Origin: Candidatus Bathyarchaeia archaeon
GTDB lineage: Archaea > Thermoproteota > Bathyarchaeia > Bathyarchaeales > Bathycorpusculaceae
Length of the DNA: 64,000 bases
Assembly: GCA_049512935.1 (NCBI GenBank)
Contig: JBEKWR010000004.1
Span: 52,808-116,807, forward strand
Direction: 5' to 3'
Within the stretch, counting starts at the first letter, position 1. Each line of letters starts with the position of its first letter. This document shows, in pieces, positions 56,937 through 64,000 of this stretch. The notes under the pieces were generated by a model, which did no database searches, was not told the origin of the DNA, and saw only the letters and a list, made by a program, of their open reading frames with translations. The position numbers were made by a program, and so were the translations under genes.

Positions 56937-57472
56937 CGAGTCTTGCCTTTACCTCTTGAATAGTGCTGGATTAATTCAGTAGTTGACCATGGCAAACAGT
57001 CTTCAACTTTGTACCCTAATAGCTGCGCGTACCTGTGGATTAAACCTGCATTTTCAGCCTCTATCTCCATGAACTCAGGGATGTAGGCGTAGATGCCGAA
57101 GTAGCGGTCGATGTCAAAACGCACGTCGGTAAGCGTATAGCTGACCCGGTGTTTTTGCATGCTTTCCGTTACCGATAAACCGAGGTTTTCCAAGATCCGC
57201 TTCACCGTTTCCAGACTTGAGACTTCAACAGTGTACTCTTCCGCCGTTTTGGCTGTCTGGGTGACGTGAACTTTCTTGTAAGTCAATTCAGGCTTGTCTT
57301 GCTCCATTCTTAAGCGCAAGACGTCTTTCGCCTTGATTATTCTGCCGTCTTTGAAGTCAAAGAAGAAGGTTTGGATGTCGCCGTCGAAAACCTTTTTTGC
57401 ACCCAGACCGATGAGAGTCTGCTCCACCTTTCTTCTGTCAATCTCGAGAATTTTGACTTCGACTTCCCGCAT
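56933..57472 (-). CDS. CYTH / triphosphate tunnel metalloenzyme (class IV adenylate cyclase-like)
   Basis: EVEVK (ExExK), LRLR, LTYK, K.R, MEIE. Confidence 0.9.
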   Translation of the reverse strand: MREVEVKILEIDRRKVEQTLIGLGAKKVFDGDIQTFFFDFKDGRIIKAKDVLRLRMEQDKPELTYKKVHVTQTAKTAEEYTVEVSSLETVKRILENLGLSVTESMQKHRVSYTLTDVRFDIDRYFGIYAYIPEFMEIEAENAGLIHRYAQLLGYKVEDCLPWSTTELIQHYSRGKGKTR

Positions 57473-57705
57473 AAAACCCAATGAAGAGCAAGGAAGTTAT
57501 AAACATGTTTACACTCAAAACCCGGGAGTTTCTCATGATCGAAATAACAGCTTTGCGCTCCCCTAACTTACCGAAAGCCCTCTAGCGGCACTGAAACGTT
57601 GACTTCAGCCAAAGTCCGCCCAAGCATAAAGAACAAAGAACTAAACCGAGTCAAAAGCGAGAACGCGTATGTCGCACTGGCAACGGAAAGGTTATTACTT
57701 TTAGA

Positions 57706-58497
57706 GTGAAATTACCGTATAGCGGAGAGACTAAAGTGCCCCTTGCGTTTATTATTGGAACAGCTGGTTCAGGCAAATCCCTGTTCACAGCAGCCTTCAG
57801 CGAATGGCTGAAAATGTCAAAACAAGACGTCGCCGTCGTTAACTTGGATCCTGGCGCGTTGAAGCTTCCTTACTCGCCTGATGTTGACGTGCGCAACTAT
57901 GTTGACGTCGGCGACTTGATGGAAAAATACGGGTTGGGACCTAACGGCGCGTTGATTATGGCTGCGGATTTGATTGCTGACGAAATCGAAAACTTGACCC
58001 GTGACATCGAGGAGGCGCACGCTGACATCGTTTTGGTGGATACTCCTGGGCAGATGGAGTTGTTCGCTTTCAGGGCAAGCGGACCCTACATCGTTGACGA
58101 GTTGACTAAGGAGCCTAAGGCTTTGATTTACCTCTTTGACGCCGTCTTCTCAGCTAATCCAATGAATTATGTTTCAAACATGTTCCTTTCAGCCGCAGTT
58201 TATAACCGCTTCTTCCAGCCGCAGCTTCATGTTCTATCCAAAATCGATTTGCTGCCGAAAAAGGACGTGCAGGCCATTGCCTCTTGGTCAGCTAACACTA
58301 GATTATTGGAGGATGCGATTGAAGAGAAACTTGAAGGTACAAAACGCCTTTTCAGCCGCAACATGATGCAAGCCATCAACAAGCTTGGCTTACAATTTTT
58401 GTTGATGCCGCTTTCATCTAAAACAAACGAAGGCATGACTAACATTAACACGACGCTTGAACGAATCTTAAATCAAGGCGAAAAATACACAACTTAA
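57706..58497 (+). CDS. GPN-loop GTPase
   Basis: GTAGSGKS, NLDPG, LGPNG, DTPGQ.E, SKID. Confidence 0.93.
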   Translation: MKLPYSGETKVPLAFIIGTAGSGKSLFTAAFSEWLKMSKQDVAVVNLDPGALKLPYSPDVDVRNYVDVGDLMEKYGLGPNGALIMAADLIADEIENLTRDIEEAHADIVLVDTPGQMELFAFRASGPYIVDELTKEPKALIYLFDAVFSANPMNYVSNMFLSAAVYNRFFQPQLHVLSKIDLLPKKDVQAIASWSANTRLLEDAIEEKLEGTKRLFSRNMMQAINKLGLQFLLMPLSSKTNEGMTNINTTLERILNQGEKYTT

Positions 58498-59120
58498 GCG
58501 GAAAGCAGCGACCAGCTTGCTGCGAAAGCTCCCCGCTTGGCTCTCAAAGCTGTGTCGGCGCCGGCGATGATGATGACGTCGTTGTCTTCAGGCGTCAGTT
58601 CCTTAAGAATCAGGGTTGCCGCGTTCGGGTAATCTTTCTCGATGCGGTCGCTGACGGATTCAATTCGTAAGTGCCCATCCTTGAAAACGATGACCAAGGC
58701 TTTTTTTGCCCCGGCGATGATGGCTGCGTCCCTCTGGTCAATTCCTGACTTCACCTTGTCTCCGCTGTTCTTAACTAAAAAGGCAAAGTTAAACTCCGAC
58801 GTGCTTAATTCTGACTTGGGGATTTCAACTCGTTTTGGGAAAACCAATTCAAACTGGCGCCAAGTTTCTAACCCTTTTTCTGTTAAGTTGCAGCCTTCTT
58901 TGCTGGTTTCAATCAATTCAGCGCTTCTGAGCCTGCTTATTATCGTGCGCACCGCCCCATCACCAACGTTAAGTTTCTTGGCAAGTTTGTTCCTGCCAAG
59001 AGGCTCCTGCGACAACAACTCCAGCGCGTAGAAAACATGGAAGACCGTAAAGCTTGTAGACGGTCCTGGAGCTTTTTTCCCCGCGATTTCCTGTATAAAT
59101 TTCTTTAACGACGTAGCCAT
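58494..59120 (-). CDS. wHTH transcriptional regulator (DUF2111/DUF4443-like)
   Basis: LGRNKLAKKLNVGDGAVRT HTH; SGIDQRDAAI..GA. Confidence 0.75.
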   Translation of the reverse strand: MATSLKKFIQEIAGKKAPGPSTSFTVFHVFYALELLSQEPLGRNKLAKKLNVGDGAVRTIISRLRSAELIETSKEGCNLTEKGLETWRQFELVFPKRVEIPKSELSTSEFNFAFLVKNSGDKVKSGIDQRDAAIIAGAKKALVIVFKDGHLRIESVSDRIEKDYPNAATLILKELTPEDNDVIIIAGADTALRAKRGAFAASWSLLSA

Positions 59121-59183
59121 ACTCTGCACTGCTGTAACATAGCGTTGACTAGGTTTTTATAATTTGTCAAAGACTTTGGCATC

Positions 59184-59561
59184 TTAGTCTTTGTAAGCGA
59201 CAGCGGAGACCTCGAGAAGGGCGCCTGCTTTCAACTCGCAAGCCACTGTGGCGCGCGCGGGGAATTCGCCGTCAAAGTGCTTTGCGTATTCCGTGTTAAA
59301 TTGGTCAAACAGGGTCATGGAGGAGAGGTACGCGACGGTTGAGACAACATCATTCATCGTGTAGTCTGCGGCTTCCAAGACGGCTTTTACGTTCTCCATA
59401 ACCTGCCTCGTCTGTGCTGCCATGTCAGCGACAACTATTTTGCCTTCAACCGGATCAATCGGCAACTGTCCCGAAACAAAGAGAAACTTGCCTGCCTTCA
59501 CCGCTTGCGCGTACGGACCCACGGGTTTTGGAGCATTTGCGCTGAACACTACTTTTTTCAT
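59184..59561 (-). CDS. ridA: RidA/YjgF family enamine deaminase
   Basis: APKPVGPYAQA, VSGQLP, FPARA. Confidence 0.88.
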   Translation of the reverse strand: MKKVVFSANAPKPVGPYAQAVKAGKFLFVSGQLPIDPVEGKIVVADMAAQTRQVMENVKAVLEAADYTMNDVVSTVAYLSSMTLFDQFNTEYAKHFDGEFPARATVACELKAGALLEVSAVAYKD

Positions 59562-59723
59562 CTTATCCCTCTCTTTGCTGTGCTGTCTTGGGGTTAAAAT
59601 TGTTTTTTGCTATGCAGCATATTACTGGTTGGTTTTTTAATTGTCTGTTTGGTAGAAAGATTTTTAAGAAAAACGGCAAGTATCTTATGTTCCTATAACA
59701 ACCTTGGATGGAAAGAGATTCCT

Positions 59724-60902
59724 ATGAGAATAAACGGAAAATACTTGTTCACTTCTGAATCTGTTGGCGAAGGACACCCAGACAAAGTAGCCGACCAAAT
59801 ATCCGATAGCGTGCTCGACGCAATATTCACGAATGATCCCAAGGCGCATGTTGACTGCGAAACTCTCGTTATGCAGGGAACCGTAATGATTACGGGTCAA
59901 ATCACCACTTGCACCTATGTGGACATCCCCAAAATCGTCCGCGGGACGCTCAAGGAAATTGGGTTTGACAACGCCAAAGACGGGCTGGACTGGGAAACCT
60001 GCGGCATCTTGGTTTCGTTGACGGCGCAGTCTCCCGACATTGCTATGGGTGTGACTGAATCGAAGGGTCATGAGCAAGGCGCAGGTGACCAAGGCATGGT
60101 TTTCGGCTACGCTTCCAACGAGACAAAGGAGCTTATGCCGCTGCCCATTATGCTGGCGCATAAACTTGTTAAGCGGTTGGCGGAGTGCAGAAAAACAAAG
60201 CTTATTCCATGCTTGCGTCCAGACTGCAAGTCACAAGTTACAGTTGAATACGTGAATGGCAAACCAAAATGCGTAAAAACCGTTGTCATCGCTGCACAGA
60301 ATAACGGTACACTTGATGATGCAACTCTCAAAAAAGAAATCATTGAAAAAGTTATCAAAAACGTTATTCCCGCGAACATGCTGGCTGAAGACGTAAATTA
60401 CGTTATCAACGGCACAGGAAGGTTCGTTATCGGCGGAACCCTTGCTGACTCAGGCTTAACAGGAAGAAAAATCATAGTCGACACATACGGCGGAGTTGGA
60501 AGCCACGGAGGCGGATGCTTCAGCGGCAAAGACCCCTCAAAAGTCGACCGTTCAGGCTGCTACATGGCAAGGTACATCGCCAAAAACATCGTTGCTGCCG
60601 GGATAGCTGACCAATGCGAAATCCAAATTTCATACGCCATCGGTGTCGCCCAGCCAATCTCCGTGCTGGTGAACACGTACGAAACTGGGAAGTTGCCGGA
60701 TTCGAAGATTCTTGAGTTGATCAAGAAGTACTTTGACATGAGACCGAAAGCAATCATCGACCAACTCAACCTGCTGAGACCCATCTACAAGAAAACCGCA
60801 TGCTTTGGGCACTTCGGACGAGAAGAACCAGACTTCACTTGGGAAAAAACCGACAAAGCCGGCGTTCTCAAAACGGAACTGGAAAACGCTAAAAAAGCGT
60901 AA
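59724..60902 (+). CDS. metK: S-adenosylmethionine synthetase, bacterial/eukaryotic type
   Basis: [53 protein letters not shown]. Confidence 0.95.
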   Translation: MRINGKYLFTSESVGEGHPDKVADQISDSVLDAIFTNDPKAHVDCETLVMQGTVMITGQITTCTYVDIPKIVRGTLKEIGFDNAKDGLDWETCGILVSLTAQSPDIAMGVTESKGHEQGAGDQGMVFGYASNETKELMPLPIMLAHKLVKRLAECRKTKLIPCLRPDCKSQVTVEYVNGKPKCVKTVVIAAQNNGTLDDATLKKEIIEKVIKNVIPANMLAEDVNYVINGTGRFVIGGTLADSGLTGRKIIVDTYGGVGSHGGGCFSGKDPSKVDRSGCYMARYIAKNIVAAGIADQCEIQISYAIGVAQPISVLVNTYETGKLPDSKILELIKKYFDMRPKAIIDQLNLLRPIYKKTACFGHFGREEPDFTWEKTDKAGVLKTELENAKKA

Positions 60903-60926
60903 ACCAGAAAACCCATTTTCATTTTA

Positions 60927-61748
60927 TTAAAAATCGCTTTTCAAAGATCGCTTTCCGCCGTTTTCTTCAACCAAGCGGGCAAGTTCATGCATGGCTTTTG
61001 TCAGCATTGCATCGGGTTTTTCTTCCTCTTTTGCCGCCGCGGTCAAGTGGATTTCGATGTGCGGTTTATTCTCTGCGCCCATGGGATGCGACTTGATGTA
61101 GACGCCTTTGTTGGCGCTCATAACCTTGTCGATTAGAGGCGCCAACTGCGACTCCATAATGTTCTCCAAAAACAAGCTTTTTTCGCAGAAAACCCTGTCA
61201 CCCACGGCTTCCTTAAGCAGGGGCGCTATGGTCTCAGTAAAAATCGCCTCCATCTCCGTAGGCACACCTGGCAGCGCAAACAAAACCGTTCCCTCCAAAT
61301 CCACGCGCACGCCCGGTGCAGTGCCGATTGGGTTGTTGACTGGCTCGGTTTTTTCTGGCAGAGTCGCCATTTTAACTCTGGCAGGAGTCATCTCACCCTG
61401 AGGTAGGTTTCTTTTTTTGGCGTATTCAACGTATCTAGCTTTTACCATCGCTAGGGCTTTCTCGTTGACTTCCAATTTGCGGTCAAACGCCTTCGCTACG
61501 CCTTCCAAAGTTTTGTCGTCAAAGGTTGGGCCTAACCCGCCGGAAGTAACGATAAACTGGGGTTTCCGCGCGACGGCTTCCCGTATTGCTTTGGCTATTT
61601 CGTCAACGACGTCTTGGACAACCGTTATGCGCTTGACGTTTACTCCGAGGTTCGTTGCTTGTTTTCCCATCCAGTAAGCGTTTGTGTTAACTGTTTTGCC
61701 GATTAGCAGCTCGTTGCCTACGCAGATTATTTCCATGTCCACCATCAT
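60927..61748 (-). CDS. CinA N-terminal-like / molybdopterin-binding domain protein
   Basis: GNELL.G..VNTN, SGGLGPT.DD.T, GTAPG, LPGVP.EM. Confidence 0.88.
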   Translation of the reverse strand: MMVDMEIICVGNELLIGKTVNTNAYWMGKQATNLGVNVKRITVVQDVVDEIAKAIREAVARKPQFIVTSGGLGPTFDDKTLEGVAKAFDRKLEVNEKALAMVKARYVEYAKKRNLPQGEMTPARVKMATLPEKTEPVNNPIGTAPGVRVDLEGTVLFALPGVPTEMEAIFTETIAPLLKEAVGDRVFCEKSLFLENIMESQLAPLIDKVMSANKGVYIKSHPMGAENKPHIEIHLTAAAKEEEKPDAMLTKAMHELARLVEENGGKRSLKSDF

Positions 61749-61949
61749 GGTCTTCACCGTCTTTGTTTTAATTAAAATTAGGTTGTTTTCTTTTATACCG
61801 TTTGCTTGAGGCGTTTAATGCTTCATCACTCCGAAATGCCGCATTAAAGAGGAATGCGTTTTCAGCACAACGATGGAGCTGTTAAACTCTGTTGGAACAA
61901 AAATAGTCAAAGCTAAAGAAAAGGTCGGGTAGCCCTCTTCTAAACAGAA

Positions 61950-62159
61950 TTATTTCTTTTTGCTGCTAAGATACCACTTGAGGTATTCTTTTCTGCGGTT
62001 TTGTTTCTGTTCTTCTTCTGTTTCTTCTGCTGGTCTGTTCTTATCTCGTAAATCATTGAGTTCCTGTTGTGTCATTTGCAACCCGCAGCTTTTGCAAATG
62101 TAGCGTTTGGTGCCTATTTCGTAATGGCATTCTCCGCCGCATTCAGGACAGTAAATCAT
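61950..62159 (-). CDS. small zinc-ribbon protein
   Basis: CPECGG..YICKSCG, then a charged helix ending EYLKWYL. Confidence 0.75.
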   Translation of the reverse strand: MIYCPECGGECHYEIGTKRYICKSCGLQMTQQELNDLRDKNRPAEETEEEQKQNRRKEYLKWYLSSKKK

Positions 62160-62261
62160 CTACGTTCCTCTCACGGGCAATTTTATAGGTTAATCGCCGA
62201 CGCAGACATATTAGTCTTCGCATAGACCGAGACAGTTTTAGCCAAAAAACCAGTGGAGTTC

Positions 62262-62435
62262 TCAAACTGGGCATAGACTTTGTCGCTGCTGTACCTGCCC
62301 GTGTCCCATCTCCTGCTCGATTTCCCGCAGAAGCAAAATCCGCTTGAACGTCGGCGGATGCATTGACAACAAGCTGTTAATTCGGTGCCACGGGCTTCTG
62401 GATTCCTTCTGCATCGCCAACTCTAACTCCCGCTC
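62262..62435 (-). pseudogene. C-terminal remnant of an HtpX/M48-family protease
   Basis: ERELELAMQKE..INSLLSMHPPTFKRILLL resembles the terminal (S/T)HPP..RI motif; no HExxH or N-terminus present. Confidence 0.5.
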
Positions 62436-62518
62436 GCGCGCGCTTAGATGGCGTTAGGAATTTAGCCTTCCCAACAGTTGCTAAGCTTAGAGAAACTGAA
62501 AAAATAAAAGAGAAGATT

Positions 62519-63502
62519 TTAGATGGGGTAAGCTCCGCAGGTTTTGCAGAACTGGATTTTGGTTTTGATGTAGCTCTTGCACTTAGGGCATTGGATGGCT
62601 CCTTCGACCTTGGGGAAGACGTCTTTGGGTTTGCCGAACTTCTTTCGGAAGTGCTCGTAGTAAAGCAGTTGTTCCTTGTCTTGGATTTCAACGTCGTCTG
62701 CCTTCTTGATGGCTGCCTTTTTCTCCGCGAACTCCTTGTCGGTTATCATGTCGTTAAAGTACGTTCTGAGCGCTTCTGTTCCTGTTCCCTGCTCAAGCGG
62801 CGCCTTAGGTCTCCAGATGATGTCTTTCGGAATCACGTCCTCGTAAGCCTTGCGCAAAATCCACTTGCTGAACTTAACGCCGTCGTGAGTGTTTATCTTG
62901 AGCTTGATAGGCAGCTTCATTGCCCAATCCATGAATTCTGGGTCACGGTAAGGAGCCTTGATTTGCATTCCAAGAGACTCCGCCATCGGGAACGAGGAGA
63001 AACCCATCTCAGCCCACATCTCCTGCTGCTTCACTGCGAACTCCGCCTCGGACAGATGGAACTGCCACGGGTACCCGAAGAGCTCGTCGAGCGCGTCGCC
63101 CGTGAACACGGTTTTTATTCCTTTTGGCTTAAGCAGCGTCAAGCCGATGTATACGGGTAGGCTGTTTCTGATTTCCATGGGGTCGAATTTTTTGAGTGCT
63201 TCCACGACTTTGGGGTAGAACTTCATCACGTCTTCTTTGCCGAACTGGTAGGTCTCCTGCTTCAGATGCAAGAGCTCAACCATCCGCTTCACGTACTCAG
63301 TGTCCTTGGGGGCTCCGTGTTTGAATGCTAAGGTGAGGCATGGAATGTCAGGTTTGTACTTTACCGCTTCATAAGCGATTATTTGGGTGTCGGTTCCAGC
63401 TGAGAACAAGAAGCCGTCAGCCATGTTTCTCTTGACAACCTTGTTTACTAATGTTCTAACTTTTGGCAAAAGCTTGGTATATTCTGAAGGGTCTAGCGTC
63501 AT
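62519..63502 (-). CDS. asparagine synthase C-terminal-domain-only protein with Zn-ribbon tail
   Basis: Variant PP-loop FSAGTDT, TGDALDELFG, KWILRKAY, WRPK.P..GTG; CPKC..CKTC; no Ntn glutaminase domain. Confidence 0.8.
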   Translation of the reverse strand: MTLDPSEYTKLLPKVRTLVNKVVKRNMADGFLFSAGTDTQIIAYEAVKYKPDIPCLTLAFKHGAPKDTEYVKRMVELLHLKQETYQFGKEDVMKFYPKVVEALKKFDPMEIRNSLPVYIGLTLLKPKGIKTVFTGDALDELFGYPWQFHLSEAEFAVKQQEMWAEMGFSSFPMAESLGMQIKAPYRDPEFMDWAMKLPIKLKINTHDGVKFSKWILRKAYEDVIPKDIIWRPKAPLEQGTGTEALRTYFNDMITDKEFAEKKAAIKKADDVEIQDKEQLLYYEHFRKKFGKPKDVFPKVEGAIQCPKCKSYIKTKIQFCKTCGAYPI

Positions 63503-63726
63503 ACTTTATCCTCGCATTACATTGTTTTTCATTCAACAAGTATTTAAGTTTACCGTATGCATACAAAAGGCATGAAATAATAAACATCTGTGTTGAAAGT
63601 GACCAAAATACTGAACAGACGAGGCATATCACGAAACAAAATCTCCTGCCGCTTAAAACATCACATTTAAAAGTTAAAAAACTGACAGTCATAACCACAC
63701 CCACAAAACCGCGGGAGAACCAAACT

Positions 63727-64000
63727 TTGAAGGCAAGTCTGCTCCACATGGAAATCCGCAACACACTGCAAGCCAACATAGCAGCAGCCAAGGCAGCAGT
63801 CGACAAAGCAGCCAAGCAAAAACCCGCCCTAATCGCTCTCCCCGAATATTTCACCGTCCCAAACTGCATGGCAGACTTCACCGACGCCCAAAAAATATCC
63901 CGCGAAACCTGCAAAGAAACCCTGCTTTTTCTCCAGGAAAAATCAAAACAGATCGGCGACATCTACCTTCTCGGCGGCTCGGTGCTTGAAGAAGACGGCG
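63727..64000 (+). CDS. carbon-nitrogen hydrolase (nitrilase family), N-terminal part
   Basis: Manual translation: MKASLLHMEI...LIALPEYF...YLLGGS; catalytic Glu motif LPE; runs off the window. Confidence 0.8.
   Translation, partial: MKASLLHMEIRNTLQANIAAAKAAVDKAAKQKPALIALPEYFTVPNCMADFTDAQKISRETCKETLLFLQEKSKQIGDIYLLGGSVLEEDG

Noticed and set aside
62160-62518. SRP or RNase P RNA in a GC-rich gap
   Set aside because: Conserved motifs were not found; an HtpX-like remnant explains the gap better.

Overview
Archaeal chromosomal segment; the gene content suggests Bathyarchaeia, but this is inference (RFC small/large subunits, GPN-loop GTPase, archaeal CdhABCDE, Ftr family, PQQ-type propeller surface proteins). 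From left to right: partial glutamate dehydrogenase; ABC-2 exporter/bactofilin-like/wHTH operon; rfcS-rfcL; an AT-rich ~9.7 kb enzyme island bounded by 36-bp direct repeats; translin-EndoV-tRNA-binding trio; a stand-alone FrhB-family protein; a redox/metal module, cooC-cooC-cdhABCDE; a DUF433/PIN toxin-antitoxin pair flanked by a duplicated cdhE 3' end; a purine cluster; tRNA-Gly(CCC) with an att-like duplication; a polyphosphate cluster; bacterial-type metK; and housekeeping genes. Top candidate for a new system: the purine cluster encodes steps 1, 2, 4 and 5 (purF, purD, purSLQ, purM) but has no purN/purT. In that position, tightly coupled behind purD, sit a HAD hydrolase, a divergent formylmethanofuran:H4MPT formyltransferase (Ftr) paralogue and a PfkB kinase. 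This suggests an undescribed, probably H4MPT-dependent GAR formylation route. All calls come from motif reading; no searches were run.
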